From Octopus bimaculoides (taxonomy: Eukaryota), in contig NC_068986.1 in assembly GCF_001194135.2 (NCBI RefSeq), positions 113,878,177 to 113,942,176 on the forward strand: a stretch of DNA of 64,000 nucleotides, read 5' to 3'. The position numbers were made by a program, and so were the translations under genes. The notes beneath the pieces were generated by a model, which was given only the letters and a program-made list of their open reading frames with translations, ran no database searches and was not told the origin of the DNA. Shown piece after piece: positions 50,229 to 63,936 of this stretch; the stretch's first letter is position 1; each line of letters starts with the position of its first letter.

Positions 50229-50373
50229 GTGTGGTTAGAAGCTTGCTTTCAAACCGCATGGTCCCCAGTACAGTCCCTGTACGTGGTTACTTGGCCAAAT
50301 GTCTACTACTATAACCCCGGGCCGACCAAAGCCTTCTGAGTGGATTTGGTAGACAGAAACTGAAATAAGCCCG

Positions 50374-50413
<40 letters not shown>

Positions 50414-50600
50414 CTATGTATGTGTGTCGATGTATGTCTGTCTGTCCCCCGATCACCACTTGACAACCGTAAACTGACGGTTCAGCAAAAGAGGCTGATA
50501 AAATAAGTCCTGGGGTCGATTTGTTCCACTAAAACCCCTCAAGGCGGTGCTCCAGCATGGCCGCAGTTAGATGACTGAAAAAAGTAATGGAATAAAAGAA
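50229..50600 (+). mobile_element. SINE family B with internal (AT)n
   Basis: CCGCATGGTCCC..CAGTCCC head; GGCCGACCAAAGCCTT..GAGTGGATTTGGTAGACAGAAACTG; tail AAGGCGGTGCTCCAGCATGGCCGCAG. Confidence 0.88.
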
Positions 50601-51187
50601 TACATATACATATATGTATACATTTATATATATACATATATATATACATATATATATACACATATANNNNNNNNNNNNNNNNNNNNNNNNNNNNNNNNNN
50701 NNNNNNNNNNNNNNNNNNNNNNNNNNNNNNNNNNNNNNNNNNNNNNNNNNNNNNNNNNNNNNNNNNATGTACATATATATATATATATATAAATGTACAT
50801 ATATATATATATATATGAATATATGTCCATATTATGTATGTGTGTATGTATATACACATATGAAACACTGGAGAAAGGGAAGTGCCTACGATGGTTTCCG
50901 GACCATTTCCATTAGTAAAGTGTTGGTTACCTTAGACCTAAGGACTTCCTTGAAGGTTTGCCAAAGAATACACACCATTACACAAACAAGAGCCAAGTGT
51001 TGATGTTAAACTAGGCTCCGAATTCAGTTTCGTAGGGCTGAAATACTCATGTAATTAAAATCTATGGATAAACAATCTAGTTATACAATCCATTTTCGAA
51101 ACTGCATGTGTGAAGATGTGAGTTGTGAGACAGTCACAAGTGTGTGCTTGATGTGGACTAGTGTGTGTATGTGTGTGTGTGTGTGTG

Positions 51188-51219
<32 letters not shown>

Positions 51220-52487
51220 CGTGTGTGTGTGTTTACGTGCGTGCGCGTGTGTGTTTTTTAGGAGTTGATGGACCTTTGGATCTAAAAGGAAGCAACCTTG
51301 CAGCTTATAAAGAAATAGATTGGCTTATGTCTTAAGCTCTGTCTGTTGCCCTTGGCGGTCATAGGACGTTCCTTGTAGTAGGAAAGAGAAAATTATTGAT
51401 ACGTAATACAGCAATATATCGATGTCTAGAATTGATCCCATTAAGACTTGTGCAAAAACACAGAGATCCCTCTTTATATGCGAAAAGTTTTTTTATATAT
51501 ATTACGTCAGTTTCTATATGGAGAAAAGCCTCTTTCCACTCTTTGTTCTTCTGCCTGTCTGTCTTTCTCTCTCTCTCTCTCTCTTCCTCTCTTTCCCTTT
51601 CATGAGAGTGTATGTTTATATATACATGCACACACACCCAAGCACATACATATTGATACATACTCAGAAGAGCAAAGGCTTACATCTACACTTAGGTGTA
51701 TAAATTGATGTATTTGTGTCCACACATGTCTATATAAATATGTATGTAGATATGTGTATACACGTAAACACTAGGTATATTTACAACAATACAACAACAA
51801 GGCATGATGCTAAATAATGAACACACCTCCTAAAATATAAAATAATTACACGATGACTAATATGCAACAACTACAACTGAATAACGACAACTAAATCACG
51901 ACGAACACATCGCTAGTAATAAGAAGACCACGTATACCCCCATTATGAAAACGATCGATGGCCACAAAGATAACAAAAAAAACAACAACAATAGCGACAA
52001 CAAATAAAGTAAAAAAATAACAGTCACAAACATAAGAAAAACAGTATGTGTAACAGCTTGAGAACTGAGCTAATAAGTAATCTAGGATGAAACTATTTGA
52101 CTAAAGCGACCGAAACACATATATTAAAATGGCGGCCAAGTTAATTTGGCAAGAAGCATATTCACAGCAAGATGTGGACAATATTTTCAATAACAGGCCA
52201 GCTATCAAATCAGATCTTTATTGAAGTGAACGTTACGTTTCAATTAAGATTTTAAAGAACATACATACATTTATTGGAAAAGTATGTCGACATTTAAGCC
52301 AACCAGTTTTTCCCCTACGACCTATAGGCATGTATAAATATTTTGAAAATATCTGAAAGCAATCGGAAGTGCTTGTAGATGATGTCTTTGAATTAAAGCT
52401 ATTCAAGCAATAATCACTTATTCAATCTATGTTTTTATCTTTGTATTCATATTTATATATACCTATATATCCCTGCAACTCTCTCGT

Positions 52488-52489
<2 letters not shown>

Positions 52490-52533
<44 letters not shown>

Positions 52534-52599
52534 CCCTTTTTCTCACTTTGAGAACCATCTTACTTTATATATATGTGTGTGTATGTCTGTGTGTATGTG

Positions 52600-52654
<55 letters not shown>

Positions 52655-53319
52655 ATATATATATACACATATACGTATATACGTGCACACATACACGCAT
52701 GATATATGAGTGTGTATGTATGTATGTGTATGCGTGTGTTTGCATGTACATATGCATTTATGCATTAGAATTTGTGGTCTGATTTTCAATAATGTATATA
52801 TTTACGAATAACTGTGCATATGCCTCTTGTTTGTGTGTGTGTGAGTGTTTGTGTATGTTTGCGTCTGCCTCTGTGCAAGAGCCTGTGCGGGCGCATGCGT
52901 GTGCGTGTGTACGTACTGCTCCATGCTCCGCGGCCCAGTTAATTCTTTGGTTTTTCTACTTTAAATTCGACTCATTATTTTACGTCTGCCAGAAAGAGTC
53001 TGGTAAAATTTTCTTAACAACTTTTCCAGCTCAACAAATGATTCTCTTTTAGGATATCTTGCGTTACGGACTTTATATTCTGTATAAGACGGGTCAATCA
53101 TTTCGACCTGTGAATTGATCTCTCTTTCCTTATATATATGTGCGTATGCATGCGTGTGTGTGTGTGTGTGTGCACAGCGTGTATATATATATATATATAT
53201 ATATACTGAAAGAGGGAGGGTTACGGTAAATTAATATACACACATATGGTTGCATATACCTTTACATTTGTCCATATGTAGATATGTGCCTGTGCATATA
53301 CATATATATATATACATTC

Positions 53320-53404
<85 letters not shown>

Positions 53405-53415
53405 CATACATACAT

Positions 53416-53447
<32 letters not shown>

Positions 53448-53505
53448 TGTTGTACATATATGCATAAATGTATGTATATATGTATGTATGTATGTATGTA
53501 TATGC
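52490..53505. repeat. Microsatellite clusters (CT)n, (GT)n, (AT)n, (GA)n, (TACA)n
   Basis: Direct reading. Confidence 0.9.
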
Positions 53506-54622
53506 AGACGTCATACGGAAGTTGAAACAGAATATAATTAGTGTGAAATTGTAAAAGGCGATTACGTCCGTCTGTTTTTGTGCTGGTGATTGAGTCATTG
53601 AGGTCGACCTTCACGGTTCAGCAGAAGACATTCATACAAATTGGACGTGGGCTCTCCTTGACTTCGCATCTGTAGTTTAAGCACCGAGATGTCATCACTG
53701 GTAATTATAAGGTCGGTTAACATTAACCTTTTGCTAATGAGTTCGGCAAGTGAAATTAATGATAAATACAAAAAAAAAATAACATAAAAATAATGATAAA
53801 AATAATAAATAGAAAATATCATTTAAACATCACGATATTTGAATGCAATAATTTCGTATTAGGGAATAGAAAAATAAAATAGGAAGCGGATAAGCTTATA
53901 ATAAATTAAATATTTTTTTTTTACAGGCCGGAGGAATATTGATTTTCTCACCCTTACATCCGTATATATATATATAAGCATATATAAGTACATATACGAA
54001 AGTAATATTAAAACCTGATGATCCAATTTGAGACACATTCGGTGCAATAATGAATTTAAGTATCAGTTACAATATTCCTTTGAAATAATTACTATTAAGT
54101 TCATCCTCCTAATCAGAATTCTTAAAGTTTGTTTCGTTTATAGTTGAGTTGTTTTATTTTTGTAGCGTACTTTCAGTGCAATATTTATGCAACGTTATAT
54201 ACATGTAATGCAACGCATAAACAGGTTAATAACCATGCAGGGAAATATGTGTGCAGGGCTTAATGATGCCAGTTTCTGTATAACTTTCATAAATGTCAAG
54301 GTTTCTCCTACACATATGCTTGCATCTTATTTCGATAGATATGATCTCTGATCGTCGTCAGGTGTCTATATACATGGCTATCAGACTAGATTGCACTTCG
54401 GAACTTCCTTTTCTAAGCTAAGCGGGTTATCATCATTGTCCCTGAGGATAAGGACATTGATTTTTGAATACGGAAAGAAAACGCCCTTAACTTGAATATT
54501 TTGTGAATTATTTGACCCTGACATAAATTACACACGAATAGACGTCATACGGAATCTGAAACAATATAATTATGTGAAATGTAAAAAGGCGATTACGTCC
54601 GTCTGTGTTTCTGCTGGTGATT
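53506..54622 (+). repeat. Approx. 85-bp direct repeat pair (53506-53591 and 54540-54622)
   Basis: AGACGTCATACGGAA..TGAAACA..ATATAATTA..GTGAAAT..AAAAGGCGATTACGTCCGTCTGT..TT..GCTGGTGATT in both copies. Confidence 0.85.
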
Positions 54623-54790
54623 TCGTCCGTCTTTACCTTCTAAATTCAAATCCGCTGTGGTCGACTTTGCCTTTCATCTACTAGGGATCGATATACTTGA
54701 ATACTGGTGTTGGTGCAGTCCGCTTACCACCTCCTCAAAAAATTCCAGGCCTTGGGCCTATAATAGGACTTTTTTTTTTCCGGTCTTTCA
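54623..54790 (+). mobile_element. Diverged SINE family A
   Basis: AAATTCAAATCCGCTGTGGTCGACTTTGCCTTTCATC..GATCGATA..AAAATTCCAGGCCTTGGGCCTA. Confidence 0.7.
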
Positions 54791-54824
54791 ATTTTGTTTC
54801 CATTTCTTGCTGACTGTCTTCCCG

Positions 54825-54865
<41 letters not shown>

Positions 54866-54866
<1 letters not shown>

Positions 54867-55275
54867 CTTCGTAACACAGTGTAGGTAAAAATGCACAAGA
54901 GTCTTTATTCATCTGTCAAGTCACAACAAGGTCCTCAGACAGATAATACTTTCCTTCAGATGTGCGCTGTGCCCAATAAGTCTGCTTTTTACAAGACATC
55001 AATCTTGTATGGGATTTCCAGTTGCCTTAAGAAGTCTTTAGGTTTCAGTGGGATTGAGCCCAACGCCTAGATCACCACTGGTATCACTTTTACGTTACCT
55101 TCTCGCATTCCGTACAGTCTTGCTATTTCCACTTCCAATTCGGAGGTGTTGGTGATTTTTTCAACCATTTTACTCACAACATTCATGTCATTCGGTATGG
55201 TTTTATCAATGATCTGATAGTATTTGTCTCTCTTATTCAATGTGACAATATCCGGCCGACGGTGTTCGATTACAC
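54866..55275 (-). mobile_element. 5'-truncated Dong/R4-like LINE 3' end flanked by (TAA)n on both sides
   Basis: EHRRPDIV..IDKTIPNDMNV..ELEVEIARLYG..VKVIPVVI*ALGSIP..KADLLGTAHI*RKVLSV; (TAT)n at 54826-54865 and 55276-55307. Confidence 0.9.
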
Positions 55276-56089
55276 TATTATTATTATTACTATTATTATT
55301 ATTATTATGAGAGACACCACCGAATGTTTGACCACTTGCAGGTTAGTATTTATTTTTGGCAAGATCATGGGTTAAAGGATAATTAGTTAATGTGTTTATG
55401 TTTGCGAGATACAGTTGACGTTGATTATATTGATCTATGTGAGCTTTTTGTATTTCATTCATGTAGACATAGCCTTTGGTTGTAACCGGAGGCCTTGTTC
55501 ACTAAGTCCCTGGAGGGTTGTCATTATCGGTAAAAAGTTCGTAGCTTACTAAGTTGCTCTTCCAGACAAAGATACAATTTTGACATATTCATAATCGGTC
55601 GTGATTCAATCAGTTTTGATTTGATTTTATCAATATGAAACAAAAATTATTAATCACATTAGAAATATTGCAAAAACAAGCGAAGGGAATTGGTAAGTCT
55701 GGTTCTTGTGGGGAGTGAAAAAAAATCTAAAGTTTTGGACAGTGGCACACTGAATAAATAGTTATATAATATAATGGATGTAACACAAAATACGAATGGG
55801 TTAATAGAGTGGCACAGGAAATAGATTAAAAGATGATCGCAGTAAATGAGAGGTACTGTGGATTGTGGTGGATTAAGACCAAGAGAGATTGTTGTTATGT
55901 GTTACTTAAAGAGAAAGGTTGTAGTTGTGAGCGATCAGGAAAGAAAGGACTCTCAAAGCAATTTGATGAGTTAAAGAGTAATATGCAGTAATCACAAAGA
56001 ACAGCGCAATTGAGAAACGTAAAGAGGAGGAGCGAGGTTTGGTTAGAGAGTGAGATCATTGATCTGTTTCAGGTGTATGTGTCTGTGTG

Positions 56090-56187
56090 TTCGTGTACAT
56101 GTATGTGTATATATACACACATACACACACTCACACACATATATGTATGTATGTATGTATATATGCATGCATGCATGCATGCATGCA

Positions 56188-56225
<38 letters not shown>

Positions 56226-56231
56226 CGTGCG

Positions 56232-56272
<41 letters not shown>

Positions 56273-56310
56273 AAGCTATACACACACAACACATTCACAC
56301 TCATAGATGC
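56090..56310. repeat. Compound (CA)/(TATG)/(CATG)/(GT) microsatellite
   Basis: Direct reading. Confidence 0.93.
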
Positions 56311-56319
56311 ATGTAACAC

Positions 56320-56990
56320 TCGCAAGTATGAAATAGAGAACCACCATGAAAGTGACGTAGTGAATATATCTAACGAAGAAAAAAGACGACCGTTTGACAC
56401 AGGGGTTGGCTATAAATGTGTGGGTATCTTGGTTGTTAATGGTGTAAAGTTAGGAAGAACGGAAGATAAAGTCAGGATAGAAAATTTCCAAAGTTTAAGG
56501 AGACCCGTAAAATGTAAGCTATGCTATAATTCACTGCCATAAACTTACGTGCTGGTTCCCTAATCGGGTACAGCGTGAAAATGATTAAATACACAAAGGA
56601 AGACGTTGAATGTGTAGATAGAAGATCAAGAAAATTGCTAGCAATCTACTGGATCTTATTCCCACAGGCAGATGTTGCCATATTGGTATTTCAATATAAA
56701 GGATGGAGAAAGAAAACTGACAACTGTTAGTAAGTGTAGAGAGCTTAAGGAAGTACTGTGTTGATAATAGAGAGAGACTTTGATAGCTGTGAAGAGCGAG
56801 AATATGTTAACAGAAGAAAGAGTGGAAATGTGAAAATCCCCGAGAAAAGAAAAAGACCTGTAAAAATGTTTACACAGTAATTGTTGTTTTAAATGACAGA
56901 GAATCATCAAGATCAAAGTTTCAGTGGCTAAAAAGAAGGGCGTTAAAGAAAACCGGAGAACTGGTAGAATCGTTTGTGGGGACTAAAATA
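56320..56990 (+). mobile_element. Old R4/Dong-like LINE post-RT fragment
   Basis: GYKCVGIL (YKYLG), AINLRAGSLIGYS..DRRSRKLL..PQADV (HP.ADV), FQWLK.G. Confidence 0.7.
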
Positions 56991-57009
56991 TTATCAACAG
57001 CATTTTCTC

Positions 57010-57170
57010 CCAGTTCATTATCTTCTAGATTCAAACGCCCCCGAGCTCAGTTTTGGGTTTCAACCTTCCGGGGTCGATAAAGTCAAGTACTAGGTAAATG
57101 CTTGTTCGATGTGACCGACTTATTCCCAGCCGAATAAAATTTCTGACCTTGCACTAAAAAATGAAGCCGT
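57010..57170 (+). mobile_element. Diverged SINE family A
   Basis: GATTCAAACGCCCCCGAG..CCTTCCGGGGTCGATAAAGTCAAGTACTAG..AAAATTTCTGACCTTG. Confidence 0.7.
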
Positions 57171-58149
57171 TATGATTATTGTTAGTAGTAGTATTATCAT
57201 TTCTGTTACGCTAGAAGTAGTAATAGTAGTGGTAGTAGTAGAAGTAGCTGTAGTGGTTGAAACAATTCTAAAGAGTTAACAAACCAGATAATCACTTCAG
57301 TGACTGAAAACAACTGATTAAGACTCTGGTACAAATTTTTACTGGTTTAAATATTTAAGCATTTCGTTATATATTTTTTATTTATTTATTTTTTATCGTT
57401 GTCGTATAAATACTTAAAGATTTAGATGTCGGAAAACTAAAGACAAGATGTCTAACGTGAATACTAATATTCTACGTGAACATCAACAACAACAATAGCA
57501 ACATCAAGCATAATATAACACATATACGTCAATAACAACGAACACTAGAAACCAAAATTGTTTTTATTTCTATCCAGACTTTAAATATGAACTATTTTTA
57601 AATGTGGAAAATTGATTTATATCGAATAAATTTCATTTTGTTTTAAAATGATTTTTGTAGTTGCTATATTGTTGGAAATATTCTCATTTTGGACAATATT
57701 ATGGTTTATAGCAGAAAAATCTATAAAAGTAAAAACAAAATTAAATAAAATGGATAAAAATTTATAAAAGTTAATAGATGAAACTATATTACAGTAAATT
57801 GATTTGCGGCGAGGAGCGAAAACTCAAACGTTTCGGACATTTGTCTTCTTTCGGGAAGAAAAAGAAAAAGGGGAGAATAAAAGAGATGTAAAGTCTAGTG
57901 GAGTATATCACTGTTGTGGTGGCAAATGACTAAACAGAGTGGGGTTGGGGTAAAAAAACAAAATATATTGAGTGTTTTGGAAGGAGATAAGAGGTAAATG
58001 TAAGTGAATATGTAGAATAGGAATTAGTGAGAAAATGAGAAATCGTGGAATTTCTCAATTCTTGCTGGTATGGTTGCTTAAGTGATAGCTAAATGATATA
58101 AGAGACATGTAAATCCGAGGTTTGAGGAGGAAAGGAAACAACGATATGA

Positions 58150-58228
58150 GGAAAGTAATCATACTTTGTTTGTCCTTCTTTGTCCCCTCTATGTTTAGCC
58201 CCCATGCGGGCAATAAAGAAATAAATAT
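58150..58228 (+). mobile_element. SINE family A tail-2 fragment inserted into the Penelope relic
   Basis: TTTGTCCTTCTTTGTCCCCTCTATGTTTAGCCCCC..GGGCAATAAAGAAATAA matches the tail of 23815-23890(-). Confidence 0.8.
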
Positions 58229-58229
58229 T

Positions 58230-58640
58230 AAGTCAGTAGATTTGAAAATTTGTGGGTTTGTAGTAAACCGTCGTAGAAAGATTGTTGCCAATAAAGAGAG
58301 TAGAATGAATGGATGTATGAGAAATGATGGAGGTGAGCATCAGTGTCCGGTGGAAATTATTAAGATTATGAACAGGAATAAGTTGATTTGTGTTGAATGA
58401 TGAGGGTCAGATACAGTCAGCAATTTACTAGCCATATATCTTGGGTAACAACCAGTAAAAGGGATGGATATTGGACTACCACATGAACCCGTGAACAAGT
58501 CTCGTGATTGGGGTCTATCGATTCTCCTCTCACTTCATGGTAGGAATCATTAAAAGAGGAGAAGCAATTTAGAGTGAAAACGGGTACAGTGAGATGAAGA
58601 ATTTGTTGAATTCGAAGATCCATGCGTGTTGTGGCCGTCC
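58230..58640 (-). mobile_element. Penelope-like element reverse transcriptase relic
   Basis: FTLNCFSSFNDSY (L.LNCFSFN..Y.Q) and NNFHRTLMLT..GNNLSTTVYYKPTN (NFHP.LKFT..LST..YYKPTD). Confidence 0.75.
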
Positions 58641-59653
58641 AAAAGGCAACAACAGATGGACACCAAATTTGGTGTTTCCAGTAGAAAAAGAAAACCAGTT
58701 GGTGTGTAGGAGAGTACTCTCCGTAGAATTATCGTTATCTGCCTCGACAAAATGTCTCTTTTGGTTGAGATAACTTGAGACTACTTTGGTTCAATAACAG
58801 AACAACAAGAGGATGGTATCACCTACGATTCCGGTGAGGAACAAATAGTGAAATTTCTAAAGGCAATGGTGCTGACCGTGCACCGTGGTATTGATTAGGT
58901 TTTGATTTGCAGTTATATTGTTGTTGAATTGCTTGACATGGAATTAGTGGTCGCTATTTTAAGGGAAAGCTTACTTCTTGTAGACATCAACACCGACTAC
59001 CTGCTTCCTCGTTGAGCATTCTCAGCGATTAAAAATTTCAGATTACAAAGGTAATAGCGCCAACTGCTTTGCTCCTGGCTTGTATTAAAACATCCCGACT
59101 GATCATTCTCTTAATCCAGCAAACTCATATTTTTCATTCACGTTCCGAATGTTTACAACTTCTTTATATTACACAGGAAATTCTGCTTTCTGCTTCTGTC
59201 CGCTGCTGGAGGATTCTGGGTATTCTGAGAATAATTGATATTTATTTTATATATTTTGTGACTCATGGAGAGCCTGTCGTTAGTTCTACAGTAGTCGACG
59301 AGGTGAATAGTCACCGAAACATTGAGGTGTCCTGTCAGACACCATCTATATTGTATATTTCCTCTGGCTGAAAGATGTGCGTGCGCGCACGCACTCAGTT
59401 CATCCAGTTTGCTTTATTCATTGCCCCGACCACCTGTTGCTTGATTGTGCACTCGATGTGATTCATTATCTTGCTTAGATGAACTGATATTGTACTGCTT
59501 AAGCTCATGTATGTCTATCAACTATGGAGATATATATATATATATATATATATNNNNNNNNNNNNNNNNNNNNNNNNNNNNNNNNNNNNNNNNNNNNNNN
59601 NNNNNNNNNNNNNNNNNNNNNNNNNNNNNNNNNNNNNNNNNNNNNNNNNNNNN

Positions 59654-59691
<38 letters not shown>

Positions 59692-61399
59692 ATATATCTA
59701 TATCAATGTAGTTGCATAAATGTGTGCACGCTGGCAGGTGCATGCTACATACTTGTTCGATGGCTATCAATATTTGATCAAATATGATACGAAAGCAAAA
59801 ATGCTACACACACGCGCACAAACAATATACACGCACATACACATACACGCAAGCATACACACACGCACACACACACACACGCACAGACGTACACACCACA
59901 CGCCATACTCCAAGCCAATCATTAGTTTTGAAGACAATGTAAAAGTAGAACAATACAAAACACAACAACAGAACTGCTGCCCAATCATTCAAGATTATGA
60001 ATCTGACAGAAAAGAGACACTATTTATTCATAAACTCGAAGCAATTAAGCTAAATAACTTTTTTTTTTTCTTCCTGATATTATTGCGTGTTTAACCTCTC
60101 CTACAGCTTTTCTCTTCAATTTGCAAAACATCAAACATTCGAGAATAAATGGACCGCAATTGGCAATGTACTTTAACTGTGTTGCTCTTGTTTTTGTTGT
60201 ATTTATTATTATTATTCTTGTTAGTGTTGTTGTTTAGCCCCAGTCCACCGTGCTTGATCAGCCTTGTGATCAAAGGATTTATTTTATTCTGTTTTTCTTT
60301 TATATGTGGTCATCGCATCTCTTGTGTTCAGACGTTGTGTGTCCAGGAAAGAAATATTTATTTTATTCTTTCTATTATTTTTCAGGTGATAAGGTGGGAT
60401 TTCAGGGAGATTTGGTTGCGGTTTCTGTCAAGTCGTACAACTATACATAGGTTCCATTCATTTAATGTTTGTTGGCTGTAAATCGGAAGTTATGTATGAA
60501 GATAATGAATTATCCGGAAACTGAAGATTTGGCTGTAATGGGCGCAGGCGATGATTTGGCACCAATATCCAGGTATTTGGTGATAAACCGAACAGAAGAT
60601 CAAAGCAACCAACTACAAAGTTGAATGCCCCCCCCCCCACACACACACACACACATCATGTCACTAATATATTCCAAATATATAAAGACAATCGCTAATT
60701 GTTAAATTGTGTGATAGTTTCTGTTTGAGAGCAACTGTGGAAATTTTAAAGTTTAAGGTAATTTTTAAAATTTGGTGTATTGATGTAATTCTCCACGCTG
60801 AATCTCTAGTGATAGTCCACTTTTTTTCCAGAAAATTTTTTTAAATGTTGCAAAGGTTTAAAGTTTGATCATTTCTACCCAGTCAGAAGACATTTCACAT
60901 AATAGCGGCGCCGAAATGAACCGACAACAGTAAGACAAATACTGCATGCATCTCCTCAACATTTTAAACACAACTCAGTGCTAAACTTAAGATTCTACAT
61001 TCTACATACTTCTTTCACATATACACACGGAAATAGACGCACACAAACTTCAAACACATACTGATCACAATGGAGATCAAAATATTGACACTAAAGGCAT
61101 ATCACATTATAGTCTTCACTCGACTTCACACTCTCCTCACTCAACATGATGAACACTTTGTATTCAACATTTCGAACACAATACACAGTGCACAATATGT
61201 CCCACTGAACAACCTACTTCACTTGGCTCAATCTCTTATGAATTACAGTCAAATCTCCTTCAAATTACATCTTACTTGAACGGAGGAATGACACATATCG
61301 CAATTTTCCTTGACAAATGCTGCCTGAAAGAACAAAAGCTTTTTCCTACAAACCTATCATTCGCCACAACACGAAATACTCGGCACTGACACACCATGC

Positions 61400-61490
61400 C
61401 CATCACTCTGCATACAACGAGGCGAAGAAGGGATCCTTTGAGGGTTGCACCACATGCTAGAAATAGCAACTAAATCTACATAGAATCGCA
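61400..61490 (+). mobile_element. Old retroposon 3' segment (family F); related pieces at about 41120-41150(+) and 48300-48345(-)
   Basis: Shared motif GCTAGAAATAGCA.C.AAATC in degenerate form at all three sites. Confidence 0.4.
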
Positions 61491-61755
61491 TCTTAATCTC
61501 TTGTATTACAGCACATTGGCTAGTGTACTCCTAGATTCTTTACGGATCAAACGTGACACCTGAAATGTCTTTGATAATAGGTCGTTACTGACAAGAGTGA
61601 GTTGGCGTTGAAGACCAACAACAACGAAAGTAGACAGCATGACTCTTCGCAGTACACATTCAACCCACTAAACACACAGCACATACAACGCATTACAGAC
61701 ACACACACATAGGTGTGTGTGTGAGTCTATATGTGTGTGTCTATATGTGTGTGTC

Positions 61756-61795
<40 letters not shown>

Positions 61796-62254
61796 TGACC
61801 CGTATAACATAATGCAACAAATTGTTCCGGTGATGAACGGTTAAGAAACCAATTATTGTAGGAACATCTGCAGCAGAGATTGCGAATAACCAAAATGATG
61901 AAACGTATGATGGGAAGAAATGATAAAAGGTGCATCTTGTGTTTCTGTCATTCTTTTTCCCACGTTCGCTCATTTGCTTTGTAAATCGTAAATGATAATA
62001 TTGCTAATTATAATATCAACCAGACCACTAAACAGAAGAGCAGACAGGATGATGGTAATCAAACTGTAGTTCTGAACTGAACCGTAGCAGCTGCACACCT
62101 ATCTGTGCAGGGCATGTAATATATTATAAGATATATATATATATATATANNNNNNNNNNNNNNNNNNNNNNNNNNNNNNNNNNNNNNNNNNNNNNNNNNN
62201 NNNNNNNNNNNNNNNNNNNNNNNNNNNNNNNNNNNNNNNNNNNNNNTATATATA

Positions 62255-62321
<67 letters not shown>

Positions 62322-63029
62322 GTAGGTAGATATAGATAGATAGATAGATAGATAGATGTGTGTTTAGTTATATTTATATACAGTGAAAAAGCAATCAACA
62401 TTAAAGTGCCAGTTTTATTTGAAAAAAAAGTGTAGCACATTTATTTTTATATGGAAAACGGAAGGCAGCGATTTTGAATTTTCACTGACGCTGCGCAGTG
62501 AGATCGAACAAGGAAGCACATGAATGTCAAGCTAATACATTCCATTAACCAACAGCTATGTCAGCACCGATTCTTTATATTCTCGAATCCCAACAATTTG
62601 CACAGAACACAGAAACTGTCCGCATCAAGAACCTAAATCGTTTCTACTCAAAAATGAATTTGACAACAATTTCGTGACTGTTGACAAAGGTTCGAAGAAA
62701 TTCCCGTAATTTTTTTCTTTCTTTTCAAAGGAAAAAAGAAAACATCGTAGAAGCCGAAATGTAATGAAGATACGGCAAAGAAAATATACGAAACAGAGAG
62801 AAAATGAAAGAGAAAAAGCAGGAAAGGTAAAGAAAAAAAAATAAAGTGAAGCTGAAGGGCGAATTGTTGCGCCTCGTTCATTGATTCAGTGCATGGTTTC
62901 ACTGGAGGCTGTATGAAAATTGCAATCGGATCTTGAGAATATGTTCAGAGAAAGCTTAAAATGTAGTCAGGTGTCCATGACACGTCATCACATGATAACC
63001 ACCCCGAAACAATCTAACTCGATATTTAA

Positions 63030-63045
63030 ATGTGTGTGTATATAA

Positions 63046-63088
<43 letters not shown>

Positions 63089-63936
63089 TATGGATAAAAA
63101 TATAGAAAAGTATATACACACACAAACTCACACATATATACATCGAGGAACATACTCAGCCAACTACCAACAAACACACTCATATACTATGTTCACATGT
63201 TTATATCTATATCTATATATGCATATATATATTTACCAATCTATCTATCGACTTTATATATNNNNNNNNNNNNNNNNNNNNNNNNNNNNNNNNNNNNNNN
63301 NATATATGTATATGCATGTATATATATACGTATACAGTATATATATTGTGTATATATATATATATATATATACACGTGCATGCCTATAGGTATACATATA
63401 TATATATATATATATATGTATACACACACAACACACACAAACACACACAAAAGACACACACACACACACTTATATACATAGATGTATACTCAAATGCATC
63501 TCCGCGCGAGTGTATGTGTGTGTGTCTGTGTGTGCGTGCGTGCGTGTATACGTCTATGCTTCTATGCATGTACATTATACATGATATTATATTACAGAAA
63601 GCCTTTTCTTTTTTTTTATATATAATGGACGCTGAAATCCTACGAACCGTATGTCCAAGGTTTTACTGTTCTACCTTTACGAAATGAAACTTTCCAAAAA
63701 GGTTTTCTGGAACTTGAGATTCATGTAAGGTATACTATTCCAGCCTAATTTCTGCATTGAGTACTTCTTTAACTCTGTCTTCTATTCAAACAACAGTTTA
63801 CATGTACACACACACACGCACCGATAGTGGGGTAATATGGGGCCGAGAGTGGAATTAATATGGATATATTCATCAGGTGAGATACTGAAATGAGAAAAAA
63901 GTAAATGAAAATAATATGAAAGTAATAATTGATATA

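Larger units (their letters stand above)
6195..63301. other. Assembly gaps (N runs): 6195-6541, 8963-9643, 10598-10677, 13018-13294, 27757-27766, 44486-44495, 46060-46670, 50667-50766, 59554-59653, 62150-62246, 63262-63301
   Basis: Direct reading; each gap abuts an (AT)n, (GT)n or (CT)n run on at least one side, typical of short-read scaffolds. Confidence 0.99.

Noticed and set aside
52126-52140. YY1-like AAAATGGCGGC motif
   Set aside because: Isolated short motif with no supporting context.
59377-59394. 18-nt perfect palindrome GTGCGTGCGCGCACGCAC
   Set aside because: Trivial product of (GT)/(GC)/(CA) simple repeats common in this window.
2101-63687. Dozens of IYIY/CVCV/THTH/X-run ORFs in the ORF track
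   Set aside because: Translations of (AT)n, (GT)n and (CA)n repeats and N gaps; no coding signal.
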